Shown in pieces: positions 48,481-60,915 of a DNA stretch of 64,000 nucleotides (positions within the stretch are counted from its first letter, which is position 1; each line of letters starts with the position of its first letter). Below the pieces are notes generated by a model that saw nothing but the letters and a program-made list of their open reading frames with translations, did no database searches and was not told where the DNA came from. The stretch lies in NCBI GenBank assembly GCA_030390025.1, contig CM059431.1, forward strand, positions 114,764,001 to 114,828,000. The letters are read 5' to 3'. The stretch is from Squalus acanthias (Eukaryota). The position numbers were made by a program, and so were the translations under genes.

Positions 48481-49579
48481 GCTTGTGATTGAGCAGTTGG
48501 TAGCTGCAGAAGTGTCGTGGCGAATAGAGGGCCAAAGGCACATAGACTGCTACAAAATGGCACAGAAAATATTTTTCTTTTCCTACTCTGAATTGCTCTA
48601 GCATATTCCTGTAATTAGCGTTAGCCAGTCACCATGTTAGCGGAACCAACCATTACCGTACATTAAACTTTAATTTTTATTTCTTAATTCTGTTTACCTT
48701 CCACTGTCAACAAGGTTCTCCTTCTCTTTCCCACAGTTTCCTCTTCTGAAGATGGCAGTTCACATTGGAGCAGTGCTGCAGACATCTGTGGACCTAAAAT
48801 ACCTCATCCAAGTAATCATTTTTGATGTATTCGTTTCAACGATGAGTGATAGGGGAAGGACTTGGCACACGCAAACCCAAGCCAAATTTCAGCTGGAGTT
48901 CCTGTGTGTAATTAAGATTGCAAAGTCTAGTCAATTTACCCACCTCAAGTGGTGATTTACGCTGGAAAATAATTCCATGGGTGCTGCAGTGGTGCAATAC
49001 CACTCCAAAATGGCCGTTTCATATGTGAGCCGAGACAATTTGACCATGAAGCCATAATTATGAAGTACAATTCTGTCTTAACTCAACATCCACATATATG
49101 CATTTCCTACAGGGATCACTGGACAGTAAGGAGCAAGAACCTGGCTTAATTTTTCTCCTCTTTGCCCAGGGTCACCAAAGGCTGTTATGGTCTCTTCACT
49201 GCTGGCACAAACACACCAGGGATGAAATATGGAACTCAGGAGAACGCAAAGCAGTGCATTATCACTGAGCCATCCCCACTTTGATCCTAGCTTAGATTAG
49301 CTGACTAAGATCAGTCCAACGGTTGGGGATTTCAGATCTCTATGATTGAGTGATACAGTTCTACACCATATGCATGCATCCACTAAGGTATGGGGACTTT
49401 CCATTACCTTCTTAACAAGCTCCTTTTTAAAGCAGTTCATTGCTTTATAGCATTTTCCTGTCATTAGTGGTTTTGCGGCAGGGTGGGACTACTGCCCACT
49501 GCTTTGACCTTGCTGTAACCCCAATTATTTTTCCTGGGTTTGGGCCTATTATGTATAGAGGGCTGCCACCGAGCTTGTT

Positions 49580-49895
49580 GCTACAAGAGGTGATGGTGAG
49601 TTAAAGAGCTTATGGCCTAGATGGCTGAAAGCACAGCCACCAATGATGGGGTGAAGGGATTTCAAGATGCAAAAGAGGCCAGAGTTGGAGGAACGCCGAG
49701 TTTTCAGAAGGTTGTAGAGCTGGAAAAGATTAGAGATAGGGTGGGGTGAGACGATGAAATTACATTGGGGGACTGGGAGCCAATGTAGGTCAGGGAGAGC
49801 ACAGGGTGAGTGGGATTTGGTGTCGAATAGGATACGAGCAGCATATTTTTGGACGAGCTGAAGTTTATGCAGGGTGGAGGATGGGAGGTCAACCA
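49580..49895 (-). mobile_element. L2-type LINE 3' fragment
   Basis: LPSSTLHKLQLVQKYAARIL...LHWLPV. Confidence 0.75.
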
Positions 49896-50444
49896 ACTCA
49901 GAGGTTAGTTTGCCCTCTGCATTCCTAATTGTTGTGCCTGGTCTGCACATGTTGTTGTAAGGTGTGTGCTGTTTTCCTGGCTTGTTTCCCTGCTTATTAT
50001 ATTTAGCTTTTGTATGTCAGGAGTGGCTTTCTGCTCCTGTTGACAACAGATTGTTGAGTTCACCTCTGGCCTCTAGCTCTCCAAAGACAATGTATTTCCT
50101 CCTGTTCATGTCCATGGTAGAGCACAACCCTGCCCACAACAAACATGTAGGTGAAATATTTCTGGGACATATGCGTGTCATAGAGACTGATGTACAGATT
50201 CCGTCTGAAACTCAGGAAATACCAAGCAGTCTCGAGCAATGTTCCCTCTTATTTTTTTTGGGTGCGCGGCTTACAGGGAACATTGGCCTCGAGCCAATTC
50301 TTGGAAGCTCATATAACCCAAATGCATCACACACTTATAAATAACAACAACTTGCATTTATATAGCGCCTTTAATGAAGTAAAACGACCCAAGGTGCTTC
50401 ACAGTAGTGTAATCAGACAAAACATTGAGCGTAATCAATGTCTG

Positions 50445-50840
50445 CGTTGGCTCAGTGGTACCACTCCCATCTGAGTCAGAAGGTTGTGGGTTCAAGTACC
50501 ATTCCAGAGACTCGAGCACACAATCTATGCTGACACTTCAGTGCATCAGAGGTGGCATCTTTCGGATGAGACTTTAAACCGAGGCCCTGTTTGCTCTCTC
50601 AGGTGAACGTAAAAGATCCCCTGGCACCAATCGAAGAAGAGCAAGGGAGTTCGTTCTCCTGGTGTCCTGGCCAATATTTATCCCTCAAACTAGATCACTA
50701 AAAAGAGATTATTTGGTCATGTCTCTCATTGCTGTTTGTGGGACCATACTATGCTCATAAAAGTACTTCATTGGCTGTAAACTCTTTGAGACGTCCTGAG
50801 ATGGTTGCAAAAGGTGCTACAGTGCAAGTTCTTTCTTTCA
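50445..50840 (+). mobile_element. Deu-domain SINE
   Basis: TGGCTCAGTGGTA A-box, GGTTCAAGTACC B-box, Deu core. Confidence 0.85.
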
Positions 50841-51679
50841 CACACACCCAGACCATTCCCCAAGAAAATTAGAATGTAGCCACAAACTAACAACCCCCTT
50901 CTACTGCTCCATAAAAGACAATGTCTGAAGCACACATAACAACAACAACTTGTATTTATATAGCACCCAACATGATTTGTAAAATCCTTGATACTTGCTT
51001 AAAAACATATGCTGAGAAAACAGATGATGGAAAGTGGTTGTAGTATACAATGGAGCTGAACACTGTGCAATCATCAGTGAACAGCCCCACTTCTGACCTT
51101 ATGATGATGGGAAGTCCTTGATGAAGCAGCTAAGGAGAGTTGGGCCTGGAACAGTGCCCATGGAACTCATGCAGCGATGTCCTGGGGCTGCAAATCAAGC
51201 AACTCTAATCAGGAAATAGGACAGAGATCCTTTATGCCAGACCACTACTAACTTTTGCACCCGCCCTATTTTCTGCCACCATTTTTGGTGGCTTCAGGAA
51301 GCACCTACACATTTTAGGCAGTTCCATGCAAATGAGGTGGAAATACCATCTTATTCCCTATTTTCCATTATGTCTGCCTGATTTGCATTGTTCCCATTTC
51401 TGGACCATATAAATCAGGCATACAGGGATGCTAGGTGCTGTGGAATAGTTCAAACTGAATTTGAATAGCCTAGCTTCTACATTCATAACAACAGTATAGG
51501 TGCAGCAACAGCCTGAGCAGAATATAGAGGACAACACACTGTGTTGCAATGGAGCCTCCTGGGACTAAGTTGGGCCTCGTCTCAAGTCCTGAGATGAACC
51601 TGATGCAGAGTGCTTGGATCTTTTTTGCCACATGTGCAAGCATCGAGGGAGCAAATACTGCCATGCTGAGATACAGAAC

Positions 51680-52435
51680 CATCATTACTTGGAGGGTGTG
51701 AGTCTAGGTGGGGTAGAGGAAGAAAGGGATCTCGGAGTACACATACACAAACCACTGAAAGTTGCGACACAGATTAGCAAGGCCATAAAAAAAGCAAATC
51801 AAGCACTCGGGTTTATTTCTAGAGGTAAAGAATTGAAAAGTAGGGAAGTTATGCTAAACCTGTATCGAACCTTGGTTAGACCACACTTAAGAGTACTGCG
51901 TACAGTTCTGGTCGCCATATTATAAAAAGGATATAGAGGCACTGGAGAGGGTGCAGAGAAGATTTACAAGGAATGATACCAGAAATGCGAGGGTATACAT
52001 ATCAGGAAAGGATGAACAGGCTGGGTCTCTTTTCTCTTGAAAAAAGGCTGAGGGGTGACCTAATAGAGGTCTTTAAAATTATGAAAGGTTTTGATAGAGT
52101 GGATACAGAGAGAATGTTTCCACTTGTGGGGAAGAGCATAACTAGAGGCCATCAATATCAGATAGTCACCAAGAAATCCAATAGGGAATTCAGAAGAAAC
52201 TTCTTTACCCAAAGAGTGTTGAGAATGTGGAACTCGCTGCCACAATGAGTGGTTGAAGCGAAAAGTATAGATGCATTTAAGGGGAGGCTAGACAAGCATA
52301 TGAGGGAGAAGGGAATCGAGGGTTATGCTGATAGATTTAGATGAGGAAAGATGGGAGGAAGCTCGAGTGGAGCATAAACGCCGGCATGGAATGGCCTGTT
52401 TCTGTGCCGTATATCCAATGTAATCCAATGTAATT
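51680..52435 (+). mobile_element. CR1 3' fragment (TGTAATCC-tail subfamily)
   Basis: Near-identical to 23880-24635; ORF fragments in track. Confidence 0.9.
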
Positions 52436-52909
52436 AAATTCTGAAGAAATGAGACTCCACACTTGTAAAATTAAATTTTCAGGGCCAGAGAGGTTGTCGG
52501 GCAGTAATTGTGACCTATCACGCCATTAAAAATTCACTTACACCTGAATGCACCAGCCCTAACTTTTTCTGGCGTGTTTAGTGGGTAACTCGTGGGTAAG
52601 TACAGAAACTTCACGCCCTTATATGGATTTCAATGCCAAGTCAATTTGCGAGGTGCCAGTGTCGCGAAGTCTGTGGAGGAGCAGGGTAACTCGGACAGCA
52701 ACTTCCTGATTTCCACGTTTAACTGTGCACCTTAGCGGGAACATTGGTTGGGAGCATTCCATTTTCCAGCTGCAGTCACCAACTAAGTGGCAGAACGGGC
52801 AATCTGAAAATAATGTTTCCAAAGGAGCCAATGTTACAGAAATCTGAACCAATACTAATTTCAGAAAGCGAGTTTTTCAGAACCATTAACTAAACTTTAG
52901 CTCTAATTC

Positions 52910-53055
52910 AAAAGCAAAGTACTGCGGATGCTGGAAATCTGAAATAAAAAAACAGAAAATGCTGGAAATACTCAGCAGGCCAGGCAGCATCTGTGGAGAG
53001 AGAACCACAGATGCTGCCTGCCCTGCTGAGTATTTCCAACATTTTCTGTTTTTAT
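52910..53055. repeat. Penelope-terminus-derived fold-back (49-bp arms, 8-nt loop)
   Basis: 52948-52996 is the reverse complement of 53005-53053 with 2 mismatches. Confidence 0.8.
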
Positions 53056-53114
53056 GACTAAATTTTAGCTAACTTTCATTTATCGTTTTTTCGGGGTGAG
53101 GGTGGTAAATTTGG

Positions 53115-53471
53115 CTCTCAGAGGAGATTAGATAGAGGTGTTTAAAATCATGAAGGGTTTATATAGAGTAAATAAAGAGAAACTGTTTCCAATGGCTGAT
53201 AATGAGAAGGCACAGATTTAAGGCGATTGGCAAAAGAACAAAAGGCCACATGAGGAAAAGCTTTTTTACGAGTGGTTAGAATTTGGAATGCAGTGCCTGA
53301 TAGGGTGGTGGACACGGAGTCAAAAGAGAATGGATAAATACTTGAAAGAGAAAAAAAATTGCCGGGATATGGGGAAGGAGCAGGGGGGAGTGGGACTAAC
53401 TGATTGCTCCTCAAAAGAGCAAACTCGATGGGGCCGAATGGCCTCCTTCTATGCTGTACTGTTCTATGATT
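53115..53471 (+). mobile_element. CR1 3' fragment (left arm of tail-to-tail pair)
   Basis: EVFKIMKG, KLFPMA, WNAVP remnants; tail TTCTATGATT. Confidence 0.82.
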
Positions 53472-53473
53472 AG

Positions 53474-54060
53474 AATCATAGAATGGTTACAGCACAGAAG
53501 GAGGCCATTCGGCCCGTCGAGCCCGTGCTGGCTCTCTGTAAGAGCACTTCAGTTAGTTCCACTCGGCCGCCCTTTCCCTGTAGCCCTGCAATTTTTTTTC
53601 CTTCTGGTACTTATCCAACTCCCTTTTGAAAGCCATGATTGAGTCTGCCTCCACCACCCTTTCAGGCAGTGCATTCCAGATCTTAACCACTCGCTGCGTA
53701 AAAAAGTTTTCCCCCATGTTGCCTTTAGTTCTTCTGCCAGCTCCTTAAATCTGTGTCCTCTGGTTCTCGATCCTTCCGCCAGTGGGAACAGTTTCTCGCT
53801 ATCTAAGCCCCTCATGATTTTGAACACCTCTATCAGATCTCCTCTCAACCTTCTCTGCTCCAAGGAGAACAACCCCACTTTCTCCAGTCTATCCACATAA
53901 CTGAAGTCCCTCGTCCCTGGAACCATTCTTGCAAATCTTTTCTGCACCCTCTCTACGGCAGTCACATCCTACCTAAAGCGTGCTGGTGCCCCAGAATTGG
54001 ACTCAATACTCCTGGATGAGTCAGAACCAGTGTTGTATAAAGGTTCATCATAACTTCCTT
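53474..54060 (-). mobile_element. CR1 3' fragment (right arm of tail-to-tail pair)
   Basis: ERVQKRFARMVPG...GLFSLEQRRLRGDLIEVFKIM; tail TTCTATGATT on minus strand. Confidence 0.88.
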
Positions 54061-54501
54061 AGAACGTTATCCCACCCGACGTGCAATGTTTCCAAAGCGC
54101 AGTGGAGGTGTGGTGGGGGGGAAAGAAACCCCAAGCATGGACACTTTCTCCACTCAGCACATTGTTACATCCGCGGAAAACGCATGACGTCAAGTGGCGA
54201 GGAGAAGGAGGAGGAGGGGAAGTTCCGAGGAAGCGACGTCGCCCGGGGGTGTCGGTGACGCCACAAAGACCGGGCCTGCGTCGTGACGTCGCACGGCTCG
54301 CGCAGCGTCGGATCCGCAGCCGTTCGCCGTCGCTCGCTCGCTCAGGCAGATTGTTGTTTTTGAATCGGGGCAGGCGGTGGGAGGAGGAGAAAAGGAAAAG
54401 CAAACGGATTCTGAGCAGCATCAAGAACAAGGGCAATCGGACGTTGGGCGGAGGCGCCGAGTGGGTAACGGCCGTGTGTGTGTGTTGCGCCGTCGTCGCC
54501 G

Positions 54502-54527
54502 CCACCACCACCACCACCACCGCCGCC
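54502..54527 (+). repeat. (CAC)6/(CGC)n trinucleotide tract in NDFIP2 5' leader
   Basis: CCACCACCACCACCACCACCGCCGCC. Confidence 0.8.
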
Positions 54528-54553
54528 GTGTGCCGGACGCTGAGGGAGCGACA

Positions 54554-54592
54554 ATGATGGAGCATCACCAGGCCTGCAGCCGCTACCAAGTG
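54554..54592 (+). CDS. NDFIP2: NDFIP2 (Nedd4 family interacting protein 2) first coding exon MMEHHQACSRYQV; later exons not found in window
   Basis: Resembles recalled NDFIP2 exon-1 end MDHHQPGTGRYQV; donor GTG|GTGAGA; CpG island; head-to-head with RBM26 as in human. Confidence 0.8.
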
Positions 54593-55924
54593 GTGAGATT
54601 GCCTTCAAATCTATGTATACACACGACATAGATATTTATACCCGATTTATTCAGTGTCAGAACCCGGAGCGATGCAAGTTAACGTCCCGCGGGATTGAAG
54701 CAACAACCAATTCGTGCCGAGCCGTGCGATGTTTTTTTTTCTGCCCCCTCTGGTTGCTGAGCGCCTTTGTAACCTCCCTGAGGATTTTTTTTGTTTATTG
54801 TCCCTCTTTGCTGCCTTCCTCCTTTCCCGGAATGGTAGGAGTGGTCTGCCCACTAATCTTGATTTTTATTTTTGAACCGAACCACAAATGCAAGAATCCT
54901 TTTAATTCTCTCCATTTTTTTTTAAGTGGCAGGGTATTGTACAGTTTTTTTGGGTGTTTTTTCCCCCCCCCACCGACTCTGCTAATCCACTGCACCGAGC
55001 AGCAGCGGCTGACAGTGGTTGTGTGTGTTTGTGTGGGGGGGGGGGGGGGGGAGAAGGAGGAGATGTTGATCGTGTTTTTTTATATGCCTCCTGAAATGTA
55101 CTTCCAGAGTGAGGCAGCTGGAGTTGGTTCAAAGGCAGATGACAGGTGGTGCTGGTGACTGATAAACCTGATCTGTCAGTGCAGGCTTTCTTGCACTGTC
55201 AGATTTCTTCTGCGAAGATAGAATTTCAAAAGCTAAGTTGTTATTAACTTGAAATCCTTTTGGGAGAAATGCTGCTAAAACAAGAATCTCCTTTCTGAAC
55301 AATTTATTTGACTAATGTGCCATGGAGCTTGATTTCTTGAAAATAATGCAAGAATAATGGATTGTGATTTATTTTGTCAAACAAAGATTTTACATATGAC
55401 ACTCAATTTGGCTTTTGAGCTTTGTGACATTATTCTAAACTAGAAGATCAATTGTAACCCCTGGTTCACTCCAAAGATACTGCGGACTGAAGAATTAATG
55501 CAGTTAATCATTTTACTATCTCTTGGTGATCAATGAATTACAATAATGCAACGTTAATGGTGATCGATTCGTATAACTCAATTCAGAATTAATGTATCAC
55601 AGCCTTAGCTGGATTCAGCATAATAGAGTATCAGCAATATTCAGCTTTGAGGATTGCAGTGCATGCTTAGCCCCTTTTTTGGTTTAGTGAAGTAACAGGT
55701 AGCAGCAGTAGACTTCCTGTTTATATCTTGGATGGCATTAATATGAAAACATGATCTGTTTGCTTGCGTAACTGTTGAGCTGCTATTCCAAAACTCTTCT
55801 GGTCCTTTTCTTTCCTGGGTTTATCCTCTTCCTAACTTCACAGAACATCTTTCTGAATTTATGCTGTTAAATTATACCTTTTAGCTGTCTGAAGCACTCC
55901 TCTCTGGACTGAGTTTGGAAAAAA

Positions 55925-56720
55925 CAATTTCTTTATAGAGGGCATTTAATGTAAAGAAATATTCCAAAGTGCTATCCAGTAGGCATAAGGAAATGGATAG
56001 TGCACTGGACAGGGAGAGATTGGGAGGGATAATGAAAAACCTGTTGAAAAGATGAGATTTGAGAAGGTTTTGACAATAAGAGGGAGGTGAAGAGACAGAT
56101 AGTTTTAGGGAGCAAATTCCAGAGAGTAGGATTGAGTGACTGAATACTCTGCCACCAGTGGTGGAGCACAAGGAGGGGAAATTCATAGATGGCTGGATTC
56201 GAGAGGAACAGTGTGTTTAGGAGTGGATGTAGGGCTCAGAAGATTGGTGGGACAGGGTGGGGTGCAGCCATGGAATGATTTTAAGAAACAAGGATGAATT
56301 TTGTAATTTAAATGGCTAGGAGCCTATGTAGGACAGCAAAGATGGAGGTGATGATTGAGTGGGAATTGGTGCAGGGCAGGATGCATGTGGCAAAGTTTTG
56401 GACAAGTTGGATTTTAAGGCGGGTGGGCCAGTAAAGACAGCGTTGAATCTGGAAATGATAATGGCCTGTTAACAGTTTTGCCAATGGAGGGCAGGAGGCA
56501 GGCCAGCTTGCAGAGGTGGAAGTTAGTGGTCTTGCTGATGGATAGAATATGAGGTTTCAAGCTCAGCTGAGGGTTGAACAGGGCGGCAAGCTTACAGACC
56601 ATTTGGCTTGAGAGAATGGTTAGGGTAGAGATGGAGTTAGTGGCAAGCGAGCGCTGTTTGTGGTCTACAGACATCTTTCTTCTTCCTCTCTGAATTAACT
56701 TTGAACATGGACTAGCATTT
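55925..56720 (-). mobile_element. Old L2-type LINE 3' fragment
   Basis: LFNPQLSLKPHILSISKTTNFHL; PTLWNLLP. Confidence 0.7.
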
Positions 56721-58361
56721 CTATTTGCAGACATCTTTTTTCTTCAAAGGTCTCATTACTTTTGAAATAACTTCTGAAAACTAACTTTAAAAAACCCAGG
56801 CTCAAACTTACCAGCATATCTTAAGACCACCTGACCCACTTAATCACAGTGATTTTCTTTTAACTGAAAATCCAGATGTACTTAGCACTTTGTATCAAGA
56901 TTGAGAGCTTGGTATGTTTACTGTCAATAATCTGGCTCCAAACTCCAGCTGCTAATTAGGGCTGTACAGTAAAAAAAAGAGTTTTTATCTGATTGAACTT
57001 GTAACAGTTCAACCAAGAGCCAGACTTCTGTACACTCTTGTCAAAAGGCCTCCAGATCTTTGCCAATGCATTAACTAACCCTATAGTGTCTGGTTAGCCA
57101 CAGCTTTTCCTGCAGTGGTGAGGAATGCTGAGCACAACCATTGGGCCTTTGGTACCTAAATGAAGTTGTCATTCTTAATGTGTTAGGCTGGACTTTGAGT
57201 CTCGAAGATGGGGATGTTGTTTGACTATTAGGTGCATCACAGTTGAGCCTGACCCTGTTTCAACTTAATTCACGGATATGCACTTACAGTTGGTGGGGCA
57301 ACCTTGAAGACTGGGAAACATGGCCCGTGCTTTTTTTTTCCTTCTTGGCTCAGGACTTAGATCAATTGTAGTGCCCTATTTTTTTTGCCACAGCTGAGAT
57401 TTGCTAACTCCTCACAAACTAGAGATTAGACCTTGGTCCTTCCGGGTAAATGTGATTTAGTATAGTTATCTGGTGAGATGGTTGGCTACCATTTGTTTGC
57501 TCCTGAACTCAATATAAACAGAAACGATAGAAATATCTGTGCAGATTTAAAATCACTAAATTCAGTTCAAATTGTGGAAATTGTAGGCTGTTCTGACATC
57601 TGCATTGTAATATAAAGCACAGTGAATTGCATTTATGAAAGTCATTCAAAAAAGTGGATGCATTCTGATTAAGGAGGAGGTAGAAAGGTATGGCTTTCAA
57701 TCTAGGTGAGATGTTGGTAGAAATGCCTGTGAAACAAATCGAGAATACACTGAAGGTATTGATTGGACAAAAACTGAACAAGCCAAGCTACTACTACTAA
57801 ATTTTCAGATTCATATGATTTTATATTCCAGTATTGGTTATACAGATTAAACATCTCCTGATTCATTTATTTATGTGCAGTACAACCAAACACATCAATT
57901 AAAATACATTGGTCAGTGAAGTTTGTGTGATGATAAAACTCTTAACATTTGGATTTTATTCATACAAATATACATTTCAGAATATTCTCAAAGAAAGCAG
58001 AATGTAGGATTTGAAAAATCTTCTCTTGCATGATCAGCACTGGGGCCAAGGGTTTATCTTCCTCTCTCCTCCTCCCTGAAATAATTTGCATACACTATAG
58101 CAAGTCATGTATCTGGGATTCCCCACTTGATGTGTTCAGAGACATTAGTGAAGTAGCTAAGTGGCGGCTACGTACTTGCTTAGAGGGAAGAAGGGAAATT
58201 TCTCAGACGTGTGATCCTGGGACTCCCCATGCACCTGCTGGAAGCTGACTGAAGAACAGCTGTAGCTGTGGCAAAAATTGCTTGTTAACTTTTTCCCAAC
58301 CAGTGACGTGTGGAGTACGGTAAGCAGGAAAAATAACATTAAAAAGGTGCAAAAGTAGAGT

Positions 58362-60915
58362 TTTTTTTTAATTAATTCACGGTATGTAGGTGTTGCTGAC
58401 AAGGCCAGCATTTATTGCCCATCCCTAATTGCCTTTGAAAAGCTGATGGTGAGCTACTTGAACCGCTGCAGTCCATGTGGTGAAGGTACTCCCATAGTGC
58501 TGTTAGGAATGGAGTTCCAGGATTTTGACCCAGCGACGATGAAGGATCGGCAATATATTTCCAAGTCAGGATGGTGTGTGACTTGGAGGGGAACTTGCAG
58601 GTGGTGGTGTTCCCATGCGCCTGCTGCCCTTGTCCTTCTAGGTGGTAGAGGTCGCGGGTTTGGGAGGTGCTTGGGAAGAAGCCTTGGCGAGTTGCTGCAG
58701 TGCATCTTGTAGATAGTACACATGGTACGCCAGTGGTGGAGGGAGTGAATGTTTAAGGTGGTGGATGTGGTGCCAATCAAGCGGGCTGCTTTGTCCTGGA
58801 TGGTGTTGAGCTTCTTGAATGTTGTTGGAGCTGCACTCATCCAGGCAAGTAGAGAATATTCCATCACACTCCTGACTTGTGCCTTGTAGATGGTGGAAAG
58901 GCTTTGGGGAATCAGGAGGTGAGACACTTGCCACAGAATACCCAGCCTCTGACCTGCTCTTGTAACCACAGTATTTATGTGGCTGGTCCAGTTAAGTTTC
59001 TGGTCAGTGGTAACCACCCCAGGATGTTGATGGTGAGGGATTCAGCGATGGTAATGCCGTTAAATGTCAAGGGGCGGTGGTTAGACTCTCTCTTGTTGGA
59101 GCTGGTCATTGCCTGGCACGAATGTTACTTGCCACTCATCAGCTCAAGCCTGAATGTCATCCAGCTCTTGCTGCATGCAGGCACGGACTGCTTCATTATC
59201 TGAGGAGTTGCGAATGGAACTGAACACTGTGCAATCATTAGCAAACATCCTCGTTTCTGACCTTATGATGGAGGAAAGGTCATTGATGAAGCAGATGAGG
59301 ATGGTTGGGCCTAGGACACTGCCCTGAGGAACTCCTGCAGTGATGTCCAGGGGCTGAGATGATTGGCCTCCAACAACCACAACTATCTTCCTAGGTATGA
59401 CTCTAGCCAGTGGAGAGTTTTCTCCCTGATTCCCATTGACTTCAATTTTACTAGGGCACCTTGATGCCGCACTCGATCAAATGCTGCCTTGATGTCAAGG
59501 GCAGTCACTCTCGCCTCACCTCTGGAATTCAGCTCTTTTGTCCATGTTTGGATGAAGGCTGTAATAAGGTCTGGAGTCGAGTGGTCTTGATGGAACCCAA
59601 ACTGAGCATCGGTGAACAGGTTATTAGTAAGTAAGTGCCGCTTGATAGCACTGTCAACGACACCTTCCATCACTCTGCTGATGATTGAGAGTAGATTGAT
59701 GGAGCAGTAATTGGCTGGATTGGATTTATCCTGCTTTTTGTGGACAGGACGTACCTGGGCAATTTTCCACATTGTCGGGTAGATGCCAGTGTTGTAGCTG
59801 GAGTGGAACAGCTTGGCTATAGATGCAGCTAGCTCTGGAGCACAAGCCTTCAGCACGACAGCTGGGATGTTGTCTGGGCCTATAGCCTTTGCTGTATCCA
59901 GTGCATTCAGCCGTTTCTTGATATCACGTGGAGTGAATCAAATTGGCTGAAGATTGGCTTCTGTGATGGTGGGGACTTCAGGAGGAGGCTGAGATGGATC
60001 ATCTACTCGGCACTTCTGGCTGAAGATGGTTGCAAATGCTTCAGCTTTGTATTTTGCACTCGCATGCTAGGCTCTGCCATCATTGGGGGTGTTCATGGAA
60101 CCTCCTCCTCCCGTTAATTGTTTAATTTTCCACCACCATTCACGACTGGATGTGGCAGGACTGCAGAGCTTTGATCTGATCCGTTGTTTGTGGGATTGCT
60201 TAGCTCTTGTCTCTAGCATGCTGTTTCCGCTGTTTAGCAAGTTTGTAGTCCTGTGTTGTAGCTTCACCAGGTTGGCATTTCAATTTGAGGTATGCCTGGT
60301 GCTGCTCCTGGTATGCTCTTCTACACTCCTCATTGAAACAGTGTTAGTCCCCTGGCTTGATGGTAGATATGAGGGATATGCTGGGCCTTGAGGTTAAGAT
60401 TGTGGTGGAATACAATTCTGCTGCTGATGGCCCACAGCACCTCATGGATGCCCAGTTTTGATCTGCTCGATCTGTTCTGAATCTATTCCATTTAGCACGG
60501 TGGTGGTGCCACACAAAACAATGGAGAGTGTCCTCCGTGTGAAGATGGGACTTCGTCTCGGTCAAGTATGTTTTCCCCTCGTGTTGGTTTTCTCACCACC
60601 TGCTGCAGGCCCAGTCTGGCAGCTATGTCCTTCAGGGCTCGGTCAGTAGTGGTACTACCGAGCCACTCTTGGTGATGGACATTGACGTCCCCCACCCAGA
60701 GTACATTCTGTGCCTTTGCTACCTACCCTCAGTGCTTCTTCCAAGTGGTGTTCAACATGGAGGATTACTGATTCATCAGCTGAGGGAGGGCGGTATGTGG
60801 GAATCAGCAGGAGGTTTCCTTGGCCATGTTTAACCTGATGCCATGAGACTTCATGGGGTCCGGAGTCAATGTTGAGGACTCCCAGGGCCACTCCCTCCCG
60901 ACTGTATACCACTGT
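58362..60915 (-). mobile_element. 5'-truncated LINE family B (CR1/L2-clade) with endonuclease and RT remnants
   Basis: YRPPSADES, GDVNVHH, LKACAPELA, ALDIKAAFDRV, GVPQGSVLGP, FANDCT; frameshifted; A-rich tail. Confidence 0.9.

Larger units (their letters stand above)
54170..54730 (+). promoter_or_regulatory. NDFIP2 CpG island promoter with CRE/ATF site cluster
   Basis: Very high CpG density; TGACGTCA 54185-54192, GCGACGTCGC 54233-54242, TGACG 54256-54260, TGACGTCG 54284-54291. Confidence 0.8.

Noticed and set aside
54059..55158. Several overlapping 80-180 aa ORFs around the NDFIP2 promoter
   Set aside because: Low-complexity translations of a GC-rich CpG island and intron start; no recognisable domain
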